Assembly (NCBI RefSeq): GCF_039654945.1
Contig: NW_027361959.1
Span: forward strand, 4,464,001 to 4,528,000
Direction of reading: 5' to 3'
From: Dendrobates tinctorius
Taxonomy: Eukaryota
Length of the DNA: 64,000 nt
Made by a program: the position numbers and the translations under genes. The notes below the pieces were generated by a model. That model was not told the DNA's origin, ran no database searches, and saw only the letters and a program-made list of their open reading frames with translations. Of this stretch, positions 24,684 through 37,038 are shown piece by piece (the stretch's first letter is position 1; every line of letters starts with the position of its first letter).

Positions 24684-27600
24684 GTCCTTAGCTGATATCT
24701 GACTTGTAACTTCTATGGTAGTAGAAATTATAATACAGGGTTATTACCTATAGAATACTCTAAAGATGTATCGATGGGTTCAATTAAAATTCCTCTTACG
24801 ATTTGGAACATTAGGTTTATTTTCTGTGTTGCTGGGAAATATTTTGTTAGACAACTTGTAAATATTTTAAAATATTTTGTGGATTTATTCCACAAGGAGT
24901 TTACTTTTTAAGGCTTAAACCATTAGTGTTCCTTCAATGTCCACCGATCTGTTGCTGTGAACATCTCCCACTGAACCACATGTCCCATTTATGGCCCGTC
25001 TTAGGTGCTGGTGGAGCCCACAATTCTTTGCGTGATCTTGGAAATGTCCTAATTCACACTGGTGTTAGACACCTTGAGTCCGGGTGGATTTTTCAGCCAG
25101 CTGTGTATCTGATCTAGGGCGACAGAGAATGCCATTTAATCTAACTGTATTATGACAACAAATATGGACCTAATGTTACAGTATATGAATTGTGTTATAA
25201 TGAGGCAACACAACCCATTCTTGGTAATAAAGATAATCTTGCCTATATTCTGCGCTTTTCAGTTCTGTTCTTAGATGCTTGATGTCAACTAGCGTACCTG
25301 ATGGTGGACTAATATACACTATAGTAGCAAAGTATGATGGACTTACTGTGGGAAAAATTACAGAACTATGGAAACTTAACATCAGACAAGTGGAACATCA
25401 ACGAACAGAACAGCACATCAAGTCCATTCTATTCACGTACGCTCCTCAATCCGGCCAGAGAGTCCACTTCGGGTCTCATGGATCATATCCACACACAATA
25501 ACCTCTACCCATATTAAAAGCCTCACTAACAGGCTCTGGGTGCAACAATGTATGATAAAGGTTCAGTTCATAGGAGGCCTACGGTGACCTATGATCTTTG
25601 TACCTACTCTCTTTAGGGATCTTAAACATGGACCCTTTTCTGAGGATTACTCCCAAGATAGTAAGTTATTCCTGACCCTTGGGCTAACTTACTGATCGCT
25701 GGGACCCTTAGCGATCCGGAAAATGAGGCTCTAGTACCCAGTCACCGCTGAGAACTTCTTGAATGGGGCTGAGGTATGCATTCTCAACCTCTACTCTTTT
25801 CATTGTCTATGGGACTGAGCTCAATTATTTCCAGCAGTCCCATAAACAATAAATGAGTCTGTGGTCAAACACGCGTACCTCAGCTCCATTCAAAATGGTG
25901 CTCTGCAGAGCCTGGTTCTTGGATCCTAGACCCCAATTCTCAGATCGCTGAATTGGACCCCCAGCATCAGGTAATTTATTATCGGGAATAACCCTTTAAG
26001 TCACATTGCCAAATAAGGTATATAAAAATGGGTTTTATAAATAACCCTAGAATGTTGCCATACACATCAGCTAACTGACCCCTAAACCTGACAATTTTGT
26101 CAAGGCCAGCCGATTATCTTATGAAGGGTCTCCACTCTCTGCCCTGACAGCAGAAGTCAAGGAGAAGGAAAGAAACATTTGGATTTCAGTCAGAGGAGTC
26201 TGGTGGCAATTATTCTTCTTTTCCTCACTAAAAAAATGCATGCATTTATAGGTGAGCTAGGAGAAACTGCTGACACTTACATAAGGCTTACAGACCCTTG
26301 AGCTCCAATTGCTAACATCATTTACTTTTATTCTGCAGATTTTATTGGTAAACTGGGTTTAGGGGAATAATTAGCAATCTTTAAAAATTATTACATAGAC
26401 CTTGACCACCAATATAGCGGGAAAGCTCGTATCTCCTAATATATTACTACTTCTACTCCTACAGTGTAGTGTTCCAGCAATGAAAAAGAATCATATGACT
26501 ATCAGGAGCAGGGAAGGCACTCAGTTACCACCCGAGCATGCTCAGATAGCATCATATCCAAGCATGTTCGCTCATCACTATAAGTGATACATACCGCACT
26601 ATGACCAATTCATAAACCCTTTAATTGCTTCCAGAACTTCTATCATTCCTTTGTGACACAGTCTGAGGTTTAATTAAAACTCCTTCCCAGCGGTTGACTC
26701 ATGCCCCCAGATATGGATGATGTCAGTGTATGCATGAGACTATGTCTGGGAAGATTTGCCATTAGCTAATGATATTTACAGTCAAAGCAAGATGTCCATC
26801 GCTAGATACATTTTAACCCATCCCCTCATATCGTCCTCTAGATTAAATATACAACCTTAATGGTCAAGAATAGTCAGATCATAGGGCATTTTGCAGAGAA
26901 AATGATTGGAGGCGCACACAGGTATAGTATGGGCTCTATGGCTGCCTTATTATAGATGCATAGATTGGTAATACGGCAGTGTTCACCCAGACCGCCATGC
27001 ACACATCGGTATGCAGCATGTATCATGACACTGTCATTAATCTCTTCTGTCTTTATGACAGATATATGCGCCATGATGATAAGACATAAAGATAACTGCA
27101 GCTCCCATGTTACAGATTGCTAAAGAATTTATCCACCGCTGTCCTATTTTCTTGATCTCATCAGGTCCAAAATTCAGCACTGAGCAATTTCTCTATATAA
27201 CTTCATAGCGATCGATGCTCCATAGTTCTGACACAGTATCATATTGCATATGCAGGTATTGGATCAGCCAAAGAAAATATCAACGGCTTTTAAAATCTAC
27301 AGGAAAATCGGCACCAACTTGTGCAAATATTGCTGCATTTTTCCCTTTTAGTGAATAACAAAGATAAACACCGAAATTTAATTAAGGGTAAATAAACACA
27401 AATAATATATATAGGCACCGGAGGAGGTCAAATGAATAACCAAAGAGTATAGACCCATAAAAAAGTAGATTTTATTAAACATGGTTAATACCAACAAAAA
27501 CTAGAGTGGAGACATGAAGGCTGCTGAACAGACATAAATGGAGACGATATATGGTACCAGCTACATGTGAAACAATTCTAAGGGTAAAACATTCCCAACA

Positions 27601-27929
27601 GTTTAAATAACATAATTTGGTTCTGAAAGCAAGCACTTCATCATGAGGCGTGTAAGCTCAACTGTCCATAATGAGGAATTAGGGAATAATGATACCCAGG
27701 GTGTGCCAAGAAACGATGCAGATAGCCTCTTGAGGGAGGAAAAGGACGGAAACTCTAGTGCCCACCCATTGGTGTGGAAAGCCTAAATGTCAATATCGAC
27801 CCTTAAAACAGGTGTTCCACACAACTAAAAAACTCTCTGGACTCCAAGAAATCATTTTTTAAATCATCCATCCACATCTACTAGCCTTAAATGTGAAAGG
27901 TTCATTAATTTATAGTTCAACAGAAATCT

Positions 27930-28058
27930 GGCTGTATTCACACATCCATGTGTCATGGTCTGATTCATGGATCTAGCGCAGGTCTCACAAGGGCATGAGG
28001 CTGTCCAATTCAGGTATCGCAATCCGTAACCACAACACACGGATGTGTGAATCCGGCC
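27930..28058. mobile_element. Small Harbinger-type MITE
   Basis: GGCTGTATTCACACATCC...GGATGTGTGAATCCGGCC inverted ends. Confidence 0.55.
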
Positions 28059-28779
28059 TTCATATGAAATGTTTTTCCACCGTGCAATGATCCAATTCTT
28101 GTGCTCTTTTGCCCTCTTGTTTTGCCTGTTTCCCTTATAAAGCTAGGACTCTCAAACTGGTTGTGTGCTAGTTATCAGAACGATTCTTGACTAGAGATGA
28201 GCGACTTTGCTAGGGTCGAGTCGGGTTTCATGAAACCTAACTTTCGCAAAATTCGGGTCGAACGAAATCGGCCGACTATGGAAAAGTCAGGGTCCGACTG
28301 AAACACGAAACCCAATGCAAGTCAATGGGGAAGCAAAGTCGGCAGGGAGTGGGGGATAGTAAACACACCTACAGTGCCCATTTCAATGCCAAAAACATCA
28401 ATTCTTATAACTGAAGCTTGTCAACCTTAATTTACTTCATAATAATAGTTACGCATTGAAAACTGGGGCTTATTTGGCTAAAGTTGTGGGGGGGGAGGGC
28501 TGGCTCCAGGTTTTCATGTGCCCCGGGCCAAAGAGTGTCAGTGCACTCCTTTAACACATACCACAACTCATGATGCTCCGATACGGCACAGAAAAAAAGG
28601 TTTAGTACAATGACAAATACTTCACTGCTTACATGACATGACTAATCTATTTTAAATTTTTCAATAGCTCAAAAACAGGACAGTATATTACTCCATACAG
28701 TATTATGGCCACCACATTGTGCGCCATACAGATTAATGAGCCCCATATATTTCTCCATACAGAATAATTGGTCACATAT

Positions 28780-29142
28780 AATGTTCCATACAGTATATGA
28801 TGAGCTCCACATAATGCTACAGTATATGATGGGCCCCATGGATGATGCTCCAGTGTGTTATGGGCCCAAATAATGCTCCATATATAATGGGCCCCATTTC
28901 TAATGCTCCAGTGTATAATGTGCCCCATAGATGCTGCTCCAGTGTCTGATCTGCCCCATTTGGAATGCTCCAGTATATGATGGGCCTCATGGATGATGCT
29001 CCAGTGTATGATGGGCCCTAATAATGCTCCATATATAATGGGCCCTATTTCTAATGCTCCAGTGTATAATGGGCCCCGTAAATGCTGCTCCAGCGTCTGA
29101 TGTCCCCCATTTGGAATGCTCCAGTATATAATGGGCCCCATT
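28780..29142. repeat. Minisatellite inside the hAT element, ~28-30-bp unit ATGCTCCAGTGTATGATGGGCCCC
   Basis: Direct tandem repeats visible in the sequence. Confidence 0.85.
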
Positions 29143-29148
29143 TTTAAT

Positions 29149-29625
29149 TAACCCAGGCATGGTATGTGAAAAGAGCTCCATGGAGTAATCTGAAGTGTGT
29201 GCTGCCGCATCCTTCACTTTTGGTGTGGGTGAAGGACACAAGGAAAGGGGTTGCTCCTGACCAGAAGCCTGCACTTACGACTCAGTGCTTGCATTTTTTT
29301 AAACTTCAGAAGAGGAGGCGATAGAGCTGAAGGCTGTTTCAGCAATGTAAGCCAAAAACAGTTCCTGATGCTCCGGCTTAAAATGCAGTCTACCTACTCC
29401 CAGAAAACGGAGCCTTACAGGCCTTCCAGAGCTACACCATGACGCAGGCTCAACACCTCCTGCCTTAGCTGCTTTGTGTTTTTGGCACTACCAGCAGATG
29501 CACCACCACCACCATCAGTACCAGGTGGCCCCCCACGCCCACATCCTCTTCCACCATACTTCCTCATGTTTTGGAAAAGGACCCAAAATACCAGCAGATA
29601 TATGGTACTGTATCAGAAGCGTAAA
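29149..29625 (-). pseudogene. Diverged internal duplicate of the hAT transposase 5' region
   Basis: Aligns by eye to 46155-46630 (ACCCAGGCATGGTATGTGAAAAGAGCTCCA..., CCACCATACTTCCTCATGTTT); shares the peptide KVKDAAAHTSDYSMELFSHTMPGL. Confidence 0.85.
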
Positions 29626-29902
29626 GCTCTATACAGTCTAGGGATAATCTCCGTATATATTTCATGAGTCATACACAGACGCTCACAGGCTCAGTATGGA
29701 TTACCCTTTAAAATAAAAAGTTGAAAAAGGGTACAGTATCACCAGATACAAGGTATATATATGATGCCGCCTAGGGGGGCACGTGTGCAGGTTAGGCACG
29801 TGTGTCCCTGCAGCATAAGTATCACTGCAGCAAAAGTATCTTGAAGATGCAGTTATTACTACGGCCGATAATTAACATCAAGCTCCTCTCCTCTTTTCAC
29901 AT

Positions 29903-30166
29903 AGGTACAATCTCTGCTCCTGCTACAATCCCTGTTTGCTGCCATCTAGTGCAACCTTTCATTTAATGGTACAATCTCTGCTACTGCTACAATCCCTGTT
30001 TGCTGTCATCTAGTGTAACCTTTCATTTAATGGTACAATCTCTGCTCCTGCTACAATCCCTGTTTGCTGTCATCTAGTGCAACCTTTCATTTAATGGTAC
30101 AATCTCTGCTCCTGCTATTGCTACAATCCCTGTTTGCTGTCATCTAGTGCAACCTTTCATTTAATG
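29903..30166. repeat. ~64-bp tandem repeat (~4 copies) in the L2 5' region
   Basis: Unit GGTACAATCTCTGCTCCTGCTACAATCCCTGTTTGCTGTCATCTAGTGCAACCTTTCATTTAAT. Confidence 0.9.
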
Positions 30167-31259
30167 GTGTATAACAGTGCCTACTGAATGTTTGCTAAAT
30201 TCATTTGTTGCATTTAACTCAATACTTACTGCTGTATAGCCCTGTTGGGGCCAGTAGAGATGTTATCAGGTGTAAGGTGTTGCTAGCAAATGGATGCAGC
30301 CAGGCCCTGAGCCTTTGATTGTCTAACATCCCCTGGTGTGCTAGGCAATTGGTAATTTATTCCAAATCAGTTCCCACAATCCCTCTCACCTGATCCTCTA
30401 CTCAGTCCTATATATTCAGATGCTGCCTAGGAGGGCACGTGTGCGGGTCAGGCACGTGTGTCCCTGCAGCATAAGTATCTTGAAGATGCAGTTATTACTA
30501 CGGCAGTTAGTCTCGGCAGGAGTCAGGACCCCACACTATCTATCTGTCTCTTTTGGGTACGTCTGATGAGTAAGCCCTTCTTATTACTTGGACTTAAGGT
30601 ACTGTCACAATAAACGATCGCACCAGCGATCACGGCAACGACACGACCTGGGAGAGATCGTTAGAACATCGCTATATGATCGTTAGTTAGCTTCCAAACA
30701 GGAAGATCTCATAAACGACACATCTGCGATCAGCGATCTGTATAACGACCTCGGGGGTCGTTGGGACCTGTCACACAGCATGTATTGTTAAAGACCCAGA
30801 CCTAGATAGGCGTGATTGAGCGCATCATTTTCCACTCCCCTCAACCCAGATTGGTCATCACTATATGGCACGGTATGGCATGACTGTTGCTGTCACAGCT
30901 CTCGCTTTGTGATTGGACGACAGAGTAATAAAGGACGACGCAATAGCGCTCCCTTTCATTGTTCTCGAGCGCTGTGGTTACCTTAATGCGTCCTGCCCGC
31001 CTTCTGTGATTCAAGACCTGAGATCCATTGTGTGGCGCTGCTGCGTTCGCCCTCGATTCATTGATTCCATCAGGATCTCCATACAGTCTTGTAAGGTAGG
31101 CACTTATTTTTATAATTTTTTTATTTTAACATTTTTTCGTGTCATTAACATTTTTGAATTACATGTTTGTTTAGCAGCCTTGGTAGTTTTCCTTCCACCG
31201 CCCTCCGCTATCACATATCTATCTCGGACCTTTTTTTTTTCCTGCCGCGCCCACCATTA

Positions 31260-32206
31260 GGCTAAGTGCACACGTACCGGAACTCTCGCGGAAATTACCG
31301 CGAGAATTCCGGAATTCCAGTCCGCGGGAAAATCGCATTTTAAATTCCCGCGATTTTCCAGCGGAAAAACTAGCATTGTGCAAGCGTATTTAGCTTGCAA
31401 AATGCTAGCGTTCTCCAAGCGATCTGTAGCATCGCTTGGAGAACTGATTGACAGGTTGGTCACACTCGTCAAACATAGTGTTTGACGAGTGTGACCAACT
31501 TTTTACTACTGAGGCCGCCTATGCGGCATCAGTAGTAAAAGATAGAATGTAAAAAAAAAATAAAAAATGGTGTTTTTATTCTTACCTTCCGACGTCCCGC
31601 GCAGGCGTTCCCAGTAGTCCTTTGCGAAAATGCCCGCGATGACGTCAGTTCTCGCGGGAACGCGACGTCTCGCGGGAATTCGCGATGACGTCGCGCGAAT
31701 TACCGCGAGACGTCGCGATCCCGCGAGATCGGACGCCATCGCGGGCATTTTCGCAAAGGACTACTGGGAACGGGAGCGTGGAGAGAGGCGGGAAGGCTGC
31801 GCGGGACGTCGGAGGGTAAGAATAACAATATTTTTTATTTTAAATTCTATTTTTTACAGGGATATGGTACCCAAAGCCCGGAGGACAGTCTCCTCTCCTC
31901 CGGACCGTGGGTACCATCCGCAATTGTTCTGCTTACTTTCCGCATGGTGTGCACAGCCACATGCGGGAAGTAAGCGGAACAATGCATTCCTATGGGTGCG
32001 GGATCGCCGCGATTCCGCAAAATAATGAGCATGCTGCGGTTTTTACCGCGAAGCGATTCCGCCGCGGTAAAAACCGCAGCATTAGCACAGCATTGCGGAA
32101 TCCCATAGGAATGCATGTGATGCTTATTTTTCGCGTTTTCGCGGCAAAATCGCACGGTTAAAACTGCCACGGAAACGCGAAAAAAACGCCACGTGTGAAC
32201 TCAGCC
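31260..32206. mobile_element. Harbinger-type MITE (CpG-rich, internally palindromic) nested in the Harbinger
   Basis: TTA|GGCTAAGTGCACACGT ... ACGTGTGAACTCAGCC|TTA; central inverted repeat ~31550-31840. The same terminus recurs at ~52422. Confidence 0.88.
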
Positions 32207-32579
32207 TTACTGTGTTGTTGGCTATCACTGTAATTTTTTTTTGGGGGCCAGCCATGTTATTTCTGCCGCGTCAATTTCTTGTCAGCTTTTTTACTTGTCG
32301 TCTATCTCTGTGATTTTTTGGTGCAGCAAATTTTTTTTCTGCTGCGCCCACCACTGCCTTTTTCTGCAGCTGTGTAAACTGTTGTTGTCCATCTAATTTT
32401 TTTTTTGGGTGGCAGGCAGCCATTTTAGTTTCAGCCGTGCCCATCTCCGCCATTTTATGATCCTAGGTGTGTTATAAGTTGTTGGTAATGTACGCATTTT
32501 AATTTATCCTATTTTTTTAATAAAACAAATGTTTCTATTAGTATTGTGCCATTTTAACATTATCCTTTCATTATTACAG

Positions 32580-33784
32580 ATGGCTGATAAGCACGAATTC
32601 CTGCGGGACTTCATAGAGCTTTACCGCACGATGCCTTGCTTATGGAGAATAAAGTCGGCTGATTATAGTAACCGACCTAAAAAGAAGGAGGCCTACCAAA
32701 AACTTGTCGAGCTTACAAAACAACATTACCCCAGTGAGCCAGCGGATGAAGCATCGGTTAAAAAAAGGATTCAGGCCATACGCACAGTGTACCGAAAAGA
32801 AGTGAACAAAGTCGAGAATTCAACCAAGTCGGGAGCGGGGTCGGAGGATGTTTATGTGCCGAAACTTTGGTACTTCGAACTTCTCTCTTTCACAAGGGAC
32901 CAAGAAGTTCCGAGAAAAATGGCATCTATCTTGGCCCCAGACCCATTGATCCAGCATGACTCCCCTGTCGGTGATGTAAGTACCTTGATTTTACAACTCA
33001 TAGTAATGTACGTGGCCATTAGGAATAGAATTTATGAATAATTAAGGAAACATTGACACAATAGCAGACGTTATCCCGTAACGTAATGATAATTGATCTA
33101 GCTTTACGCTAGATGCCTACCTATTTGACATACCGTTGAAGGACAAATTAAAAACCATTGATACAACCCCCTTTATTCATCTTGTAGCTGTATTTGGCTG
33201 TTGTGAAGGTATATTTCTTTTGCTTGTGATGTAACATGTATTTTCTGTTCCCATAGGACACAGAAGAGGCTGGCATTTCTACACCCATAATCACGCCAGA
33301 GCAACACAGCTTCGCATCTACGACACAAGAGGAGGAAACAGAGACACCATCCCCATCTGCACCATCCGCCTCTGTGCCGAGGCAATTGACATTTTCCGGG
33401 CGCAAAAGGAAGGCCCCCACCTCGGAGACACCACAATTTATTGAACTGGCAAAAAAAGTTTTAACTACACCTCAGAACCTGACCGGCTTTGCGTTCTATG
33501 CAAATGAAAAGCTGCCAACACTAGACCCAGTTCAGCGTCTCCATGCAGAAAGGCTTATGCTACAAGTTTTGAGTGAAGCCTCAATGGGGAAACTTACAGA
33601 CACAATAGCTTTCATGGACAGACGTCAGTACCCCCAAAACGCTTGGCCACAGAATCCTGAGACTCCAGAGCCTACAATGTGGAGGGAGCATCCGCCAAAC
33701 CAAGGCCATGTTCCTGCACCTTATTATTTAACTCCGCCTAGGCACCGTGTAAATGAAAAAGATCCATATTTTTTACAATTGTAG
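32580..33784 (+). CDS. Harbinger MADF (Myb/SANT-like) protein with BESS-like C-terminal motif; exons 32580-32975 + 33257-33784, 307 aa
   Basis: FIELYRTMPCLWRIKSADYSNRPKKKEAY...KKRIQAIRTVYRKE...YVPKLWYFELLSF. Canonical GT/AG, phase 0, open frame. Confidence 0.85.
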
Positions 33785-34139
33785 TTGTGCCAATTTGTTT
33801 TTTTAGAAAATTTTGTTTTGTATATAGTTTTACATATTTTTAATTTTTCAAATTGTTTAATTTTTTTTAAAAATAAAAATGTAATATTTTACATGAATTG
33901 TGGTGTCGTTTACTTGCCTTTGTTTCGTATTAGAACATTGATGTTAACAACACTTAAAAGATGGCTGTGCACATGAACATCTTTTACTAAAAGTAATATC
34001 CAGCCACGTATATAATCAGAAAATATTTAAATTTTTATTTCTGATATATTTAGAAACTCTTTTTTTTAACATCTTTTACAACATCAGAAACAAGGGGGTT
34101 TAACAAAAAAACATAAATAAACCTAAAAAAAAAAATAAA

Positions 34140-35373
34140 TTACTGGCTACTGCCACCCTCTTGTACACCCGCCAAGAACCTCTCCAGCATCACTCCGTGA
34201 ACGTCCATGGCTGCCAGAGTGACAGCCATAGCTGCTCTCATCCGCCGGTGAGAAGCCAGCAGTGCCTGTGCTGTGGGTATTTCTGTGGATGAAAAGAATG
34301 TAAAATGTAAACCTGGCAACTATAGAGACAGTAGAAACAAAAGGTACATGGCTTTTGTTTTTATCCTTACGGTATTGGGTCGGAACAGTTCTTTCTGGGG
34401 AGGGGCTAATATCCCACCCTAAAGCACTGGCACCAACGGCTATGAGAAAAAAAAACGGAAATTTTACACGGCAACACTTCCTCCTTTCCAGAGACAAAAG
34501 TTTAAGAACCCCTTTTTTTGTTATTTCATTTTTAAAAATAAATGTCTTTACTTACCGGATGGAGAGGCCACATCTATATCCTGGAGTGATGCTGGAGATG
34601 GGCTTGAAGCGGGCAAAGGGGTAGGTGGTGACCCTGTTTGATCCATCGTTGATGCTGGGGCTGTTGGATCATCCTGCGATGGCGGGCTTGATGGTAATGG
34701 TGGTTCTACAGATATGGAAAACAATCCATGGATATCTGCATGTTAAATGCTGTTTTTAATTGAAACCAAAAAAAAAAAAAAGGATATTGTTCTGCGAGAT
34801 GCTACTTCGTCACCGTTATTTGAATAAGAACACTTGAATAATAACAATAATTTATGTTATTCTCCACAGTGCAAGCTCATGTTTATTTTGTAAAAATAAA
34901 GGAAAATATTATTCAAAATTCATTTCACTTTCACTTCAACACATTGCTATGTCCCAGCATAACCACATGGCATTTTGCAAACTGTTAACAACTGAACAGT
35001 TAGCGAATGCTGAACGTGCAATCTGAGATATGAAGCGTTAACGCACACGTTAATAGACAACATACAACTTAAAAGAAATTTTTCTCATATTCTGTCAAAA
35101 ACACTCACCCTCTTCAATTTGGTTGTCAGACCTGATATTTGCTATGCGCTGGCTGGAGCGGTAGCGCAGATCTGCGAGTTTTTTTCGTATCTGCGTCGTA
35201 CTGCGCTCGACCCCAAACCTGCGCATGAGGCCTCTTTTAATTTTTTTCAACACCCTCTTCTTATGAAGCATGGGCCGGACATGTGTGGTGCAATCATAGT
35301 CCCTTGCGTCGATTTCCTGGATCAAGAATCGAACCTCAGGCTGTCCCCAGGGTACAGAACGCCTGGAAGCCAT
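34140..35373 (-). CDS. Additional Myb/SANT(trihelix)-like gene; exons 35373-35109, 34705-34556, 34439-34371, 34282-34140; 208 aa
   Basis: Exon 1 WGQPEVRFLIQEI...KKIKRGLMRRFGVERSTTQIRKKLADLRYR. All three introns are GT-AG and phase 1; total 627 nt, open to TAA. Confidence 0.78.
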
Positions 35374-35792
35374 ATTGTTTAGAATAATTTTTTCTAGGCC
35401 GCTGTAACGCCGCCCACGCATGCGTCATGACGTCACGGCGAACGGGAACGCAGATGCGTCATAGTCCCACAGCCTCTTTGAGATCGCACCTGAGATGCAT
35501 ATGTGTGGGCTTAACCTCATTTTTCCTTCTGCCCATTGCTCACTCCGCTACAATCACACCACCTGTTTTGCCCTCCCCCACATAACTCCCCCCTCACCAT
35601 CACCTCCACCTCATTCGGAGTTATGTCCCCAGTACTGTCCCTCCCCATCTCAACCCTCTTGTTTTTTGCCTTCTCGATATTAATACCCCCTCCCCATCAC
35701 ACCTCTGAATAAACACAACACAAAATTGAAATTTTTTTTTTTTTTTATTAGCACAAACTTTTAAACAGGATAACCAAGCAATCTTTACATAA

Positions 35793-37038
35793 CTATATTT
35801 GATGCTGCCAACTCACAGCACCAGGCCCGTTGAAGTATTGGCAGTACTTATCTCGGCTGGCCTTTGCATCGTCCTTGGTCCTGCCTTGATTGACAGGTCG
35901 AAGTCCTGCAATAGCGGGATCATTCTCACGCCATTCTCCGAGCACCACGTCACCATTGCTGTCTGAGTCCATGAAGCCTGGCGGACTGTAGGCTGCAGCA
36001 TCGCGTTGTCGTAAAAAATTGTGCAGCACGCAACAGGCCAACACCACGGAGTCTATGGATTCCAGCTTCATGTTTATTGGAGTGTGGAAAACCCTGAAGC
36101 GGTTGGCCATGATGCCGAACGCATTCTCAACAACGCGGCGTGCCCTTGACAGCCTGTAATTAAAAATACGCCTTTCCTCCGTCAGAGTCTTTAGTGGGTA
36201 CGGCTTCACAAGATGCGCATGAAGGGGGAAGGCTTCATCGCCCACAAACACAAAGTTAAGATTGGCGGTGGTGTCCATGTTGGTTGGCAAGTGCAGTTCA
36301 GAGTTCTTCAAGCGTTCACCAAAAATAGTGTGCTCCAAAACGCCTCCGTCCGAAACCCTCCCGTTCATGCCAACATCAACGTTTATAAATTCATAATTTG
36401 CGTTCACAAGGGCCATGAGGATCACACTGAAGTAGCCCTTGTAGTTGTAGAAATAACTTCCGCTGTTGGCTGGTTGTGTGATGCGCACATGTTTGCCATC
36501 CAAGGCACCACCACAGTTAGGGAACTGCCAAATACGTTCAAAATCAGATGCAATTTTTTTTCCATTCCGCCGCGGATTTAGGAAAAGGCATGTAGCTCCG
36601 TATACTGTGGACGATGGCGTTGCATGTCTCTGGGATTAACACGCTGAGGAGTGATCGGGAAACAGCTGCTGAAAATTGCAAGTCTTTCATTGAACGTCCG
36701 GTTGCCAGAAATCGCAGTGTGACAGCCAAACGTTCCTCTGCCGAAACAGCTGCACGCATCCGTGTATCCTGCCGTTCAATGAGTGGCCTCACACATTCCA
36801 GTAGGAGCTTAAATGAATCCTCCGACATCCGTAGATAATTGCGGAAATCCTGCGGATTCTTCTCCTGTAACTCCCTCACTAGATGCATGTGGGTGAATTT
36901 GGACCGCTGCTCAAGCCATTCTCTGGTCCACATGCGACGCTTTCGTTTGGAGTGCCTCTCTTCCACCCGCGCCTCTTCTTGTCGATCGCCCTCCATCAGT
37001 AAAGCTGCTGCCACAATCACACGTTCCGCGGTGGACAT
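35793..37038 (-). CDS. Harbinger DDE transposase (HARBI1-like family), one +1 frameshift in a T8 run at 36554-36561
   Basis: FRNYLRMS, RLAVTLRFLATG, (FPNCGGAL)DGKH, YFYNYKGYFS, GDEAFPL, FNYRLSRARRVVENAFG, CCVLHNF. Confidence 0.92.

Noticed and set aside
24000-28180. Possible additional gene between fut11 and the hAT
   Set aside because: Only short low-complexity ORFs and MITE/SINE debris; no consistent exon chain recognised.
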